Shown here: positions 35,697 to 46,141 of the stretch, in pieces
Numbering within the stretch: position 1 is the first letter of the stretch
Layout: each line of letters opens with the position of its first letter
Source: an uncultured Sporobacter sp.
Lineage (GTDB): Bacteria > Bacillota > Clostridia > Oscillospirales > Oscillospiraceae
Direction: 5' to 3'
DNA length: 64,000 bases
Assembly: GCA_963675425.1 (NCBI GenBank)
Contig: OY776214.1
Coordinates: 2,316,978-2,380,977, forward strand
Program-made: the position numbers and the translations under genes
Notes under the pieces: model-generated
Databases searched by the model: none
Seen by the model: the letters and a program-made list of their open reading frames with translations, nothing else
What the model was told of the DNA's origin: nothing

Positions 35697-36068
35697 TTAC
35701 ACCTCTGCGATGAGTTCAATTTCGCAAAGGACATTCTTTGGAAGGGTCTTTACGGCAACGCAGGAACGGGCCGGTTTCCCGGTGAAGTACCCGGCGTAAA
35801 TTTCGTTAAATGCGGCAAAATCGCCCATGTCAGCCAGATAGCACGTGGTTTTAACAACCTTTGTGAAATCGGTTCCCGCTGCTTCAAGAACGGCCTTCAG
35901 GTTTTTGCAGACCTGTTCTGTCTGACTTTCAATGCTTGTGCCTGCGATTTCACCCGTCAGCGGGTTTACAGGTATCTGACCGGAGGTGTACAGCATATTG
36001 CCGGAAATAAAGGCTTGAGAATACGGCCCGATGGCCGCCGGCGCCTGATTTGAGTGAATGAGTTTCAT
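35697..36068 (-). CDS. ridA: RidA/YjgF enamine-imine deaminase
   Basis: APAAIGPYSQA, SGQIP, FNEIYA, PARSCV, LCEIELIA. Confidence 0.95.
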   Translation of the reverse strand: MKLIHSNQAPAAIGPYSQAFISGNMLYTSGQIPVNPLTGEIAGTSIESQTEQVCKNLKAVLEAAGTDFTKVVKTTCYLADMGDFAAFNEIYAGYFTGKPARSCVAVKTLPKNVLCEIELIAEV

Positions 36069-36144
36069 ATATAATCCTTACTTTCTTAATGTTGGTGTTT
36101 CCTGCCGTTGTACATCTTACCTGACCGCATAAGCCGAAGTCTCG

Positions 36145-37131
36145 TTATAAGACGTCCCGCAGCAGGCGCAGCACGTTTCCGCGTGCGAATTTTTCAACCT
36201 GACGCTCCGATAGCCCCTTTTTTAAGAGTGCCTGGAACAGCATTTCCATGTCCGTGGGCTGACCGATCTCAAATTGCCCTTGAATCCCATCGAAATCTGT
36301 GCCGAGGCCAACGCAGTCCTCACCGCCCTGGTTTACGAAATGAAGCACGTGACGGCAGATATCATCGATGCGGCTTTCACATTTTCCATCTCCGGTGAGG
36401 AATTCCGGCCCGAAATTTACTCCGGAGACACCCCCTGCGGCAGCAAGCTGCCGGATCATTGCATCCGTGAGATTCCGGGGATGATCACATAGCGCTCTGC
36501 AATTAGAATGGGTCGCGGCAAACGGCTTTGCCGAATGCTGTGCCACGTCCCAAAAGCCACCGTCCGACAAGTGTGATACGTCCACAAGAAGTCCCATGGA
36601 ATTCATTTCTGACAGAGCGTCCATACCGAAGCCGGTCAGTCCCAAACGCATGAGTTCGGGATCGGAGGAGTTAGGGTATCCAAAGCAATTGGGATGATTC
36701 CACGTTAAGGACATGGCGCGTACCCCTGTGTCGTAAAGCCGACGCAGCCGCCGTAGGTCGCTGTCCACAACGCGGGCGTCCTCAACGGTCAGAACGGCGG
36801 AGCAAAGACCCGCCGTCTCATTTCTGACGATGTCGGCTGCATTGTATGCCATCGCGATGACGTCCGGGTGCGCTGCAACGGTATCCAGCAATAAAGCAGC
36901 AGCTTTTTCAAACAGATCGTCATCCGCGGGGAACGGCCTGCTTTCTCCAGATGTGGAATGGCCGGACGGCCTTGGCGGAAAGAACACCGCGAAGAATTGA
37001 GCGCCTTGACCGGCTAAGGCCATCCGGGACACATCAAACATGTGTCCCGGATGGTCGTACAGTTGTCCGTCCATGATTCCCTTGAGAATAGAATCACAGT
37101 GCATATCAATATATCTGTGCGCCTTGTTCAT
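36145..37131 (-). CDS. Membrane/renal dipeptidase family (M19)
   Basis: DMHCDS, LTVED, SLTWN, DVSHL, THSN, VGLGTDFDG. Confidence 0.92.
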   Translation of the reverse strand: MNKAHRYIDMHCDSILKGIMDGQLYDHPGHMFDVSRMALAGQGAQFFAVFFPPRPSGHSTSGESRPFPADDDLFEKAAALLLDTVAAHPDVIAMAYNAADIVRNETAGLCSAVLTVEDARVVDSDLRRLRRLYDTGVRAMSLTWNHPNCFGYPNSSDPELMRLGLTGFGMDALSEMNSMGLLVDVSHLSDGGFWDVAQHSAKPFAATHSNCRALCDHPRNLTDAMIRQLAAAGGVSGVNFGPEFLTGDGKCESRIDDICRHVLHFVNQGGEDCVGLGTDFDGIQGQFEIGQPTDMEMLFQALLKKGLSERQVEKFARGNVLRLLRDVL

Positions 37132-37170
37132 GATCTCTCCTGCAAAGGAAATCGAGGTTTATGACTTAGA

Positions 37171-38856
37171 TTATTTTGCTGCGGTCCATTGGTATATAAC
37201 GACGCCTGCGGCATTTTTAACCCACGTGTAATCTTGATTCTCAAGGTTTGAGGCAGCCAGCTGGTACAGCGGCAGGATAGCCGCGTCGTTGAGGATTAAT
37301 TTTTCCATATCAGCTTGAGCCTGAATACGCTTATCCTGATCCAATGAATACTCACCGTTCTCTAATGCGAACAGCGCATCATAGTCAGGGTTGCTGTAAG
37401 CACCGTAGTTCATCTGAGCATCCGAGGTCCAAATGTCAACATAAGTTGAAGCTTCAGGATAATCCGCGTACCAACGCGTGAAACCAAGCTGGAAGTCCTG
37501 GGCGCCCATCAGTTCAAGACGGTTGTTGTAAGTGGTCGATACGAGGTTGATGGTGAGGCCGGGAAGGGTGTTTTGCCACTCGGACTGCAGATAGGCGCAC
37601 ACAGCCGGGAATATGGGGTCCTCATTGTACAGCAGATCGAGAGTAAGGCTGTCGACGCCGAGCTCGGTTTTTGCTTTTTCCCACAGTTCAGCGGCCTTTG
37701 CCTTGTCCATGGTGTTATAGGTCGGATTGCCGATTTTATCGCGGAAGAATACACCGTCAGCATCTGGAGCGAAGGTATCGGGAATGATATAGTCCGCGGC
37801 TTTCGATCCATTGTTGAGGATGTTGTCCACGATGGCTTGCTTATCAACAGCAAGCGAGAGGGCCATGCGCAGGTTGTCGTTGGCGATTGTCTCATCCGTC
37901 ATATTAAATGCCACCCAAAACATAGCGGCCATATCGTTGATAACAAGCGCAGGATCATCCTTGTACTTTGGCACATAGTCGCCGCTTACGTTAACAAAAT
38001 CCAATGCGCCGCTGTCCCAACTCATCAGCGTCTGTGATGGATCGGTGATGACACTAAAGTTGAGTTCCTCGGCGGTCACCTGGTCCGCATTGTAAAATTT
38101 ATCGTTCTTAACTAAAGTATAGCTTGTACCGCCGACTTCCCAATCGGAGAAGACATAAGGGCCGCACGAGAGATAATGGTCGATGTCAAGTCCAAACTGG
38201 TCGCCGCACTCATTGAAATAGGCTTCGTTAATGGGCATGAGGTAGCTTGAAAGTGCGGTGAGATAGAGAAAATAGGAGCGGGGGGCGTCCAGCTCCACGA
38301 CAAAGGTGGATTCATCCGGAGCGCTGATGCCAAGGGTGTCAACCGGTGCACCGGCATAGGCAACGGCAAAACCATTCTTTACGCCGCTGGCGCCTAACGC
38401 ATACGCAACAGGGGAACCGGTGGCGGGGTCAGTGACATGTTGCCAGGCAAACAAAAAGTCATAAGCTGTTACCTTATCGCCGTTGTTCCAATAAGCGTCA
38501 TCACGAATATGGAAAGTATAAGTCAATCCATCGTCGCTGAGGTCGTAGCTGTCGGCTAAGCCGTAGGTAACTGCACCGTCCTTATCAAAGGACATCAGGC
38601 CATAGTTGGTCAACGTGATCATTGTCATGGTCCACATCGAGCCATTCTGAGAGGGATCCAGAGTGCTTAAGGCTTCGCTAATTGATAGGTTCAGTTTTAC
38701 ACCTTCAGTGGCTGCTGCGGAATCAGTCGCCGCACTGCTGCCGGGAGTAGTACCGGGGGATACTTCGCCGTTGTCCGTGGCCTTACAGCCCGCAAGAACG
38801 GTAACCAACATTGCTATACCCATAAGTAAGGCTAGAATTCTTGTTCGGTTTTTCAT
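37171..38856 (-). CDS. oppA: Oligopeptide ABC substrate-binding lipoprotein
   Basis: Lipobox LAGC, STLDPS, DGLTYTFHIRDDAYWNNGDKVTAYDF, GPYVF, RWYADY. Confidence 0.92.
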   Translation of the reverse strand: MKNRTRILALLMGIAMLVTVLAGCKATDNGEVSPGTTPGSSAATDSAAATEGVKLNLSISEALSTLDPSQNGSMWTMTMITLTNYGLMSFDKDGAVTYGLADSYDLSDDGLTYTFHIRDDAYWNNGDKVTAYDFLFAWQHVTDPATGSPVAYALGASGVKNGFAVAYAGAPVDTLGISAPDESTFVVELDAPRSYFLYLTALSSYLMPINEAYFNECGDQFGLDIDHYLSCGPYVFSDWEVGGTSYTLVKNDKFYNADQVTAEELNFSVITDPSQTLMSWDSGALDFVNVSGDYVPKYKDDPALVINDMAAMFWVAFNMTDETIANDNLRMALSLAVDKQAIVDNILNNGSKAADYIIPDTFAPDADGVFFRDKIGNPTYNTMDKAKAAELWEKAKTELGVDSLTLDLLYNEDPIFPAVCAYLQSEWQNTLPGLTINLVSTTYNNRLELMGAQDFQLGFTRWYADYPEASTYVDIWTSDAQMNYGAYSNPDYDALFALENGEYSLDQDKRIQAQADMEKLILNDAAILPLYQLAASNLENQDYTWVKNAAGVVIYQWTAAK

Positions 38857-38905
38857 TTGTTTTCCTCCTTTTAATTTATATTGTCAGCTGATGCTGCAAT
38901 AAACT

Positions 38906-39850
38906 TTAAAGTGTCCATTTTTCAATTTCGCTTTCTGTTCCAAGAACCATGTGGGTTGGTGTAAGAAAATGCTCTTTGCCCACCAGGTAGTCAATACCCT
39001 CGGCGGCACGGTCATACGAAACCGATTTTTTATGGCGTTCAACCATCGGGTTTGGCTCAGGAATAGCTGATAAAAGCGATCTGGTATAGGGATGTATAGG
39101 ATTATTAAAAATCTCGTCCTTTGTTCCGGCTTCCACCAGGTGACCCAGATGAATAACACCTATGTCGTCAGATATATACTTGACCATAGACAGATCGTGA
39201 GCAATAAACAGATATGTCAGGTTCCGCTCAATTTGCAGGTCTTTCATCAAATTGACGACCTGTGCCTGAATGGACACGTCAAGAGCTGATATGCATTCGT
39301 CAGCTATGATTAGGTCCGGCTCCATGATAATGGCTCTTGCGATACCCACACGCTGCCGCTGCCCACCGGAAAACATGTGCGGATAGCGACACGCAAACTC
39401 GCGAGACAGGCCGACGCGCTCCAACATTGCACACACTTTTTCCTCGCGCTCAGCTGCGGACTTGCAAAGATGATTGGCGTCGAGCCCTTCGGCGACAATA
39501 TCAATAATCTTTTTTCGTGGGTTCAGGCTGGCCATGGGGTCCTGAAAAATCATTTGCATCTTCTGTGTAATAAAGCGGCGGGTTTCTTTATTGAGTTTGC
39601 CGGCGATTTCCACATTGTTAAAGGTGACGCTGCCGGCGGTCGGGTCGTAGAGCCGAATCAGCGCCCTGCCGATGGTAGATTTACCGCTCCCAGACTCTCC
39701 GACCAACCCGAAGGTGCTGCCGCGTCTTATTTTGAAGCTGACACCGTCAACCGCTTTGACCAACTGGTCTCTACTGGGGCAAAAATACTGTTTGAGGGCG
39801 TTGACGTCCAAAATGTTTTCTGTATCTTTATTGGTTTTCATCACCGGCAC
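38906..39850 (-). CDS. oppF: Oligopeptide ABC ATP-binding protein
   Basis: GESGSGKST, FSGGQRQR, HPYTRSLLSA. Confidence 0.95.
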   Translation of the reverse strand: MPVMKTNKDTENILDVNALKQYFCPSRDQLVKAVDGVSFKIRRGSTFGLVGESGSGKSTIGRALIRLYDPTAGSVTFNNVEIAGKLNKETRRFITQKMQMIFQDPMASLNPRKKIIDIVAEGLDANHLCKSAAEREEKVCAMLERVGLSREFACRYPHMFSGGQRQRVGIARAIIMEPDLIIADECISALDVSIQAQVVNLMKDLQIERNLTYLFIAHDLSMVKYISDDIGVIHLGHLVEAGTKDEIFNNPIHPYTRSLLSAIPEPNPMVERHKKSVSYDRAAEGIDYLVGKEHFLTPTHMVLGTESEIEKWTL

Positions 39851-40943
39851 CTCCTAGCTTGACGTTACTGAGTATTTTATCTATTCTCTGACGGAGCGTT
39901 TCAGGCATTTCAACCGTCGGTGCGTCAGGATGCCGGAGCCAGGAGGCTACTTCATGGGTATCGGAAATTTTAAAGACCGGCGCCTCCTCCTCAAAGTCAA
40001 TATTCAGTGCAAAGGTGTTTCGGACAGCAAATGCGTCACCCTTGACATGGTGCAAAAGATTGGGGGGCGAGCCCGGGATTGTATAAAGCCGGTCGTCTGC
40101 TGTGCTGAGATCCGGCATGGATAACAGTAAGCCCCATGTATAGGGATGAGCCGGCTCAAAATAAATCTCATATGCTGTCCCGCGTTCCACAATTTTTCCG
40201 GCATACATGACTGCGACATAATCGGCTACCTTGGCAACGACACCAAGATCATGGGTGATATAGATGACGGAGATATTCCTTTTTTTCTGCAGGGACTGAA
40301 TCAGCTCGAGAATTTTGGCTTGAATTGTCACGTCCAGCGAGGTGGTAGGCTCATCGCAGATAAGAATATCCGGATTGCAGCTGATGGCAATGGCAATAAC
40401 AACACGCTGCCTCATACCGCCTGACAGCTGATGCGGATAGCGCTTCATATTCAGTTCGGGGTTGGTGATGCCGACCTCCCTGAGCAGTTCAACACCCTTT
40501 TTCCAAGCCTCTTTTTTGCTTACATTCAAATGGAGCCTTATGCCTTCGGTAAGCTGATACCCAATGGTCAGCAGCGGATTTAACGCTGTCATGGGGTCCT
40601 GAAATACCATGGCAATGTGTTTGCCGTTGATCTCGCTAACCATTTGCTGTTTTGTGTATTTTAGTAAATCAACCGTTTTCTTCTCACCGTGGTCTATATA
40701 AGTGAAGATAATTTCACCGTCATTGATGATCTGGTTGCTGCTGCGGATGCCCATAACCCCTTTAACCGTTACGGACTTCCCACTGCCGGATTCTCCCACA
40801 ATAGCCAAAGTTTCACCCTTGCGCAGGGAAAAGTTAACGCCGCGAATCGCGTTGAGCGGTCCTCTGGAGGTTTCAAAGGATACTGACAGGTTTTTTACTT
40901 CAAGAATGGGGTCTCCCATCCGAATCTCGTTTTTCTGCTCCAT
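39828..40943 (-). CDS. oppD: Oligopeptide ABC ATP-binding protein
   Basis: GESGSGKS, LSGGMRQR, DEPTT, HPYTWGLL. Confidence 0.95.
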   Translation of the reverse strand: MEQKNEIRMGDPILEVKNLSVSFETSRGPLNAIRGVNFSLRKGETLAIVGESGSGKSVTVKGVMGIRSSNQIINDGEIIFTYIDHGEKKTVDLLKYTKQQMVSEINGKHIAMVFQDPMTALNPLLTIGYQLTEGIRLHLNVSKKEAWKKGVELLREVGITNPELNMKRYPHQLSGGMRQRVVIAIAISCNPDILICDEPTTSLDVTIQAKILELIQSLQKKRNISVIYITHDLGVVAKVADYVAVMYAGKIVERGTAYEIYFEPAHPYTWGLLLSMPDLSTADDRLYTIPGSPPNLLHHVKGDAFAVRNTFALNIDFEEEAPVFKISDTHEVASWLRHPDAPTVEMPETLRQRIDKILSNVKLGGAGDENQ

Positions 40944-40954
40944 CTGTATCCTCC

Positions 40955-41947
40955 TTAAACCCTTTTCATGGTTGGATCCAGCGCATCTCTGAGACCGTCG
41001 CCGATGATATTGAGCGAGAGCATTAAAAGCGCAAAGAAAACAGTCGGAATTGTCAGCTGATAGGAATACAGCAGCATGTTCTGAAAACCGTCATTAATAA
41101 GTGACCCCAGAGACGCTTGCGGATTTGGAATTCCCAAACCCACGAAGGAGAGGAACGCTTCCATGAAAATAGCTCCCGGTATGGACAGCATGGTCATGAC
41201 GATAACGGTGCTTAAAAGGTTTGGGAATATTTCCCTGAACATGATGCGCCATGTCCCAACACCAAGAGTTCTCGATGCCATAACATGCTCTGTTTCTTTA
41301 AGCCTTAGAGTGCTTGCGCGAACAAGTCTTGCTGTAACGGTCCATTGTGAGATGGCCATGGCAATGATAATGGACATGATGCCCGGATTAAGCACGATGA
41401 CCAACAATGACACGATGACAAGAGTCGGAATGCCGGCGATGACTTCGAGAATACGTTGCATCAAGATATCCAGTTTGCCGCCTTTGTAGCCGGAGACAAG
41501 GCCATACGTTACGCCAATGATCATATTAAGAAGCGCGCTGACAGCGCCAATAAGCAGAGATATCTGCGTGCCCATGCAAAAGCGGGTAAAGAGATCGCGG
41601 CCAAGCTTATCGGTTCCAAATAAAAAATATGAATCGTTAAAGCCCTTGGCCAGATAGATGTCTTCGCCGTTACGCATGCCGTTGAATATCCCGATGTTTT
41701 CCAAAAGAGGGATTCTCGGGGGAAGATTCTGCCGCGCCAATTCAATTCCGTCATAGGTGTAGCCACTCAAAAGCGGGCCGACCAAAGACACGATAATCAT
41801 GACAATCAAGAAGATAAAGCTGATAACAGCGCCCTTGTTTTTCGAGAATACCAGGAGCGTTTCTTTCCATTGGGGGCGGCTTTCATAAACTTCGTCCAGA
41901 ATGCTGTCGGGGCGTTTTGCAAAAGCAAACTTATTTAATATATCCAT
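40955..41947 (-). CDS. oppC: Oligopeptide ABC permease
   Basis: FGTDKLGRDLF, EAA-like ASRTLG, EAFLSFVGLG. Confidence 0.95.
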   Translation of the reverse strand: MDILNKFAFAKRPDSILDEVYESRPQWKETLLVFSKNKGAVISFIFLIVMIIVSLVGPLLSGYTYDGIELARQNLPPRIPLLENIGIFNGMRNGEDIYLAKGFNDSYFLFGTDKLGRDLFTRFCMGTQISLLIGAVSALLNMIIGVTYGLVSGYKGGKLDILMQRILEVIAGIPTLVIVSLLVIVLNPGIMSIIIAMAISQWTVTARLVRASTLRLKETEHVMASRTLGVGTWRIMFREIFPNLLSTVIVMTMLSIPGAIFMEAFLSFVGLGIPNPQASLGSLINDGFQNMLLYSYQLTIPTVFFALLMLSLNIIGDGLRDALDPTMKRV

Positions 41948-42883
41948 TTATTTACGCCCTCCCGCCAGTCGGATTCGCGGATCGATAACACCGTATAGAA
42001 GATCAACCACGAGCATTGTTCCAATAAAAAGCGCGCTAAAAATGAAGGCAAGGGTCAAGACGACATTATAGTCGTTTGTTGTAATCGCGGTGACAAACAG
42101 CTTACCGATTCCGGGGATTGAAAAAATGTTTTCAATAACGGTGCTTCCGGTTAATAACATGATTACCATTGGCGCCATTGCCGTGATTAATGGAACCAGC
42201 GTATTCTTCAGTGCGTGCACAACGAGAACGCGTTTCCTTGGAACGCCTTTCGTCTCAGCGAGGGTTATGTACTCGCTGCTTAGTACCTCCAGCATTTCGT
42301 TTCGAGTAAATCGGGCCGCAATGGCCATTGGGAAAATTGCCATAGACGCTGTTGCCAATATCGTCGAATATATCGGTTCTTTTGTAGAGTAGGTCAGCGG
42401 GAACCATCCAAGTTTAAACGCTAAGACATAAACCATTCCAAGAGCGAGCACCTGGGCTGGAATACTTGCGCCGATCATTGCGATAAAAGTTGTTAATGTG
42501 TCCCAAAAGCCGTTGTGGAAGATTGCCGCAACGATTCCCAGAATCACACCTAAGGTCAGCCCGATTGCGGCGGCCGAAAGCCCAATGCGAAGTGTCGTGG
42601 GAAATTTGTTTGCAATCAGGCCCGCTACTGGGTAGTTGGGCTGAATGGAATACGAGACGCCAAAGTCGCCCGACATCATATTCTTGATGTAAAGAAGTAT
42701 TTGCACGAATATAGGCTTATCCAACCCATATTTAGCCTCCACCGCCGCCCTTTGCACATCTGTCATTCGTTCGTTGTTAAACGGCGAGCCCGGCATCAGC
42801 TTGAGAAGGCAGAATAGAACTACAATTATAACGAGCAATGTAATAGCCGCAATAAAGAGTCTCTTCAAGGTGTACTTGACCAT
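41948..42883 (-). CDS. oppB: Oligopeptide ABC permease
   Basis: MPGSPF, GDFGVSY, AETKG..HALKN, IPGIG. Confidence 0.95.
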   Translation of the reverse strand: MVKYTLKRLFIAAITLLVIIVVLFCLLKLMPGSPFNNERMTDVQRAAVEAKYGLDKPIFVQILLYIKNMMSGDFGVSYSIQPNYPVAGLIANKFPTTLRIGLSAAAIGLTLGVILGIVAAIFHNGFWDTLTTFIAMIGASIPAQVLALGMVYVLAFKLGWFPLTYSTKEPIYSTILATASMAIFPMAIAARFTRNEMLEVLSSEYITLAETKGVPRKRVLVVHALKNTLVPLITAMAPMVIMLLTGSTVIENIFSIPGIGKLFVTAITTNDYNVVLTLAFIFSALFIGTMLVVDLLYGVIDPRIRLAGGRK

Positions 42884-42959
42884 AATTTCCCTCCGTTGCT
42901 TGAAAACCTTTGTGTTATTGGCACTTGCTTAGTACGCAACATTAATTTGTTGCACCGCT

Positions 42960-44147
42960 TCAGCGTTCTTTCAGAGCCAAACTTAGGCGGTGCAGGGCCT
43001 CCTGCAGGACGTGTGTCGGGCAAGCGATATTAATACGTTCAAAGCCCTTCCCGGATTCACCGAACATATATCCCTCATCCAAGAAAAGATAGGCCTTCTT
43101 TGTCATGAATTCTTTCATTTCTTCGTCGTTGTCAAATAGGTTCCGGCAGTCCCACCATTGGAGATAAGTGCCTTCGAGAGGATAGACTTTTATCTCCGGA
43201 ATATATTCCGCCATGTAGTCTTCTATAAACCTGGCATTGTGATGGATAAGCTCAATGACTTGATCCAGCCAATCCTCGCACTGTGTATAGGCAATTTCGC
43301 AGGCCTTGTATCCGATTGTATTCAGAGTAAACAGTGCGCTGCTGAACACTTGCTTTGAAAACGTTTCACGCAGTGCGTCGTTTGGAACAAAGATATTGGA
43401 GGTTTGAAGCCCGGCCAGCGAAAAAGCTTTTGACGGCGCTGTGAATATCAGACAGTTTTGCTCCGCTTCCTTTGAAATTGTGGCGTAGACGGTATGTTTA
43501 TACCCCGGCATGATCAGGTCGTTATGTATCTCATCAGAGAGCAAAAGCACATCGTTGGCAAGGCATATTTTCGAAAGCCGTGTGAGTTCCTCCACCGTCC
43601 ATACACGTCCTACAGGATTATGTGGACTGCAAAACAATAGCACCTTATTCGCCGGATCCCTTGCCGCTTCTTCAAATTTATCCCAGTCTATCTCATAGTG
43701 CATATCATGGTCAATAAGCGGGATATCCACGACGGTACGCTGAGACACGTCGATCGACATCTTAAATGGATAGTAAACAGGCGTGAAAATAACGACGCCG
43801 TCTCCAGGCTCTGTAAAGGCTTTTACAGCGTTAAAAAATGCACTGACGACACCGGGGCTTAAGACGTTCCAGCTCATATCCACATCCCAGTTGTGACGCC
43901 TTTTCATCCAGCCCCGAACAGCCTTGTTATAGCTTTCTGTGGGGGATGTGTAGCCAAAGGATACTGTATCAACATCAAGGAATTCCCGAAGCCCTTCCAT
44001 GATCTGAGGGGCGTTTTTAAACTCCATATCGGCAACGGAGAACGGGACGATGCCATCGGGGACGTCCGGATTTGCCTTTTTCATGCCACTCCACTTGCTG
44101 GATCCAATCTTGCTGCGGTCTATAATGTTTTCAAAATCATATATCAT
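42960..44147 (-). CDS. MalY/PatB-family PLP-dependent cystathionine beta-lyase (C-S lyase)
   Basis: VADMEF, CSPHNPVGRVW, SDEIH, APSKAFSLAG (PLP Lys), RINIAC; start at Met27 of the ORF-track protein. Confidence 0.93.
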   Translation of the reverse strand: MIYDFENIIDRSKIGSSKWSGMKKANPDVPDGIVPFSVADMEFKNAPQIMEGLREFLDVDTVSFGYTSPTESYNKAVRGWMKRRHNWDVDMSWNVLSPGVVSAFFNAVKAFTEPGDGVVIFTPVYYPFKMSIDVSQRTVVDIPLIDHDMHYEIDWDKFEEAARDPANKVLLFCSPHNPVGRVWTVEELTRLSKICLANDVLLLSDEIHNDLIMPGYKHTVYATISKEAEQNCLIFTAPSKAFSLAGLQTSNIFVPNDALRETFSKQVFSSALFTLNTIGYKACEIAYTQCEDWLDQVIELIHHNARFIEDYMAEYIPEIKVYPLEGTYLQWWDCRNLFDNDEEMKEFMTKKAYLFLDEGYMFGESGKGFERINIACPTHVLQEALHRLSLALKER

Positions 44148-44399
44148 TTTGTATAACCTTCCGGCGTCATATTTTGACGACTTGAAATTAACAAAAGGCG
44201 GCAATAGAATCATCTGTGATGACACCCTTGCCGCTCTTTCTTCTATATATTGAGGTTCATCAAATGTAATTCACTCATGTGCCTCATGTTAAATCTATAT
44301 TAAAAATACCACAGAGGATTTTAGAATGTAATCCGTAAAAGGTTGACTTTTAAGGTGCTGAATTTATACTAAGGATATAAATAGCTGGGAGGTCTGGCG

Positions 44400-45956
44400 A
44401 TGAGAATCAGTATGTGGATGTTATATGATGCGATATCTGCTTCAGTTTGCGATCATAACCTCGGCGATACGGCAGAGACGCGCCTGTTAGAAGGTGTGTT
44501 ACCCTTTCTGCCCGGAGAATCAGCGGCGGCGGACCACGTTTATCTGGCGCATATATCAGATTTAGGAAAAGAACGACTGAGCGACGGGGTATCTCTGGTC
44601 ATCTACGGAGACGGGGACGCGGTTCAGGCTGACATCGGTAACCAATACATTCGTCTTGAGCCGGAATTGAGCGCCGGTGCATCCTTCAAGCTTGTGCTCA
44701 ATGCCTTTGAGAAATATAACACCTGGTATGACAGGCTGCGGCAGGAGCTCATTGGAAAGCCTGATCTGATGCGCATTTGTGAGATAGGCAATGAGCTGCT
44801 TGATAATTATATCACGTTGTTTAATCCGGAGCACGTTCTCATTGCTTATGCTGATCTGCCTCCACAGATGATCGGTTCGGTATTGGAAAATAAAGGTGGA
44901 TCTTATTACTCGCTGACGGATACTGCTTATAAAGCAATGGTAAGCAGCCCTCAGCATACGGATGACATGAGGGCGGAACACGCGGCGTTTTTCTTTGATC
45001 CAATGCGGCAGCTCCGGATTTTGTACGCTAACGTCGGTCCGGGCAGCTTTGAGTGCCGGCTTTGTATCGGCGAGGAAAAGCGCTTGTTTAAACAGAGCGA
45101 CGCCCAGCTTTGTGAGGTACTTGCGGAAGTTCTCCTGACCGCCTTCCAAAATGATCATTTAAGCGGTGCGGGTACCAAAACGAATTTGCGGGATTTGCTC
45201 CAGAGTATTCTTAAGGAGTATTCTGTTGAAAACGTTACACTTGAAAGGAATCTGACAGGGATACAGTGGAGCCGGTACGACAGCTTTATCTGCATGGAGA
45301 TCGAAAAGATAAACCCGGATAACATGTTCGTTTCCAATGATCGGTATATCTGTTCGAGAATCGAAGAGCTTCTAAATGACGACGCCTGTGCTTTCTTCAT
45401 GGATGGGAAAATTATCTGTCTTGCCAGACTGCTGCCTGAGGAGCAGCCTGAACAGGTTGTTGAACGATTGGCCGGTTTCCTGAGGGACAGCATTTTTATC
45501 GTCGGCGCCAGTGAAAAATTCAAGGATATATTGGATATTGGAAACCACTATAAGCAAGCATGCATTGCTGCACAGCTGGGAAGAGTAAAGCGCCCCGACG
45601 ACTGGTACCACATGTTTGCAAACTATGCACTTTTGCACTTTTTCCAGTATGGGACATCCATACTGCCTGCCATTTATTATTGCGACCGAAATGTACAAAA
45701 GCTGATGGAGATTACCAATACAAAGGTTGATTACTGCGAAACGCTGCGGGTTTATCTGGAAAACGACCGTAACCTGCTTCATGCCTCGGCAGCGCTTCAT
45801 ATCCATCGAACCACCCTGTTTTATCGCTTAAACCGTATTGATGAGATGATTGACGGCAGCCTGGATGATCCGAACGTACGGCTGCGTATGTTGTTTTCCT
45901 TCGAATTGCTTGAGTTGGATAAAAATCCGCGTAGGTTTGTGGGGGTATTGTCCTGA
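44400..45956 (+). CDS. PucR/CdaR-family transcriptional regulator
   Basis: C-terminal TLRVYLENDRNLLHASAALHIHRTTLFYRLNRI HTH; divergent from patB. Confidence 0.9.
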   Translation: MRISMWMLYDAISASVCDHNLGDTAETRLLEGVLPFLPGESAAADHVYLAHISDLGKERLSDGVSLVIYGDGDAVQADIGNQYIRLEPELSAGASFKLVLNAFEKYNTWYDRLRQELIGKPDLMRICEIGNELLDNYITLFNPEHVLIAYADLPPQMIGSVLENKGGSYYSLTDTAYKAMVSSPQHTDDMRAEHAAFFFDPMRQLRILYANVGPGSFECRLCIGEEKRLFKQSDAQLCEVLAEVLLTAFQNDHLSGAGTKTNLRDLLQSILKEYSVENVTLERNLTGIQWSRYDSFICMEIEKINPDNMFVSNDRYICSRIEELLNDDACAFFMDGKIICLARLLPEEQPEQVVERLAGFLRDSIFIVGASEKFKDILDIGNHYKQACIAAQLGRVKRPDDWYHMFANYALLHFFQYGTSILPAIYYCDRNVQKLMEITNTKVDYCETLRVYLENDRNLLHASAALHIHRTTLFYRLNRIDEMIDGSLDDPNVRLRMLFSFELLELDKNPRRFVGVLS

Positions 45957-46109
45957 CAAACGCGTTGCCCTGACCGAAATAGCTTACGCGAACCTAACGA
46001 CCTGCAAATCTAGGTTAGGTGCCACACAAAACCTTCATATATAAAAGGTATCTGCGAGATATTGCGGACTGGTACGCGTTGGGAACTTATTAACGATATA
46101 GGTATGCTC

Positions 46110-46141
46110 TGGAGTGGTGTCTTGCAGTGCCGCCAAACCCG
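46110..46141. repeat. Direct repeat copy 2
   Basis: tggagtggtgtcttgcagtgccgccaaacccg. Confidence 0.85.
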
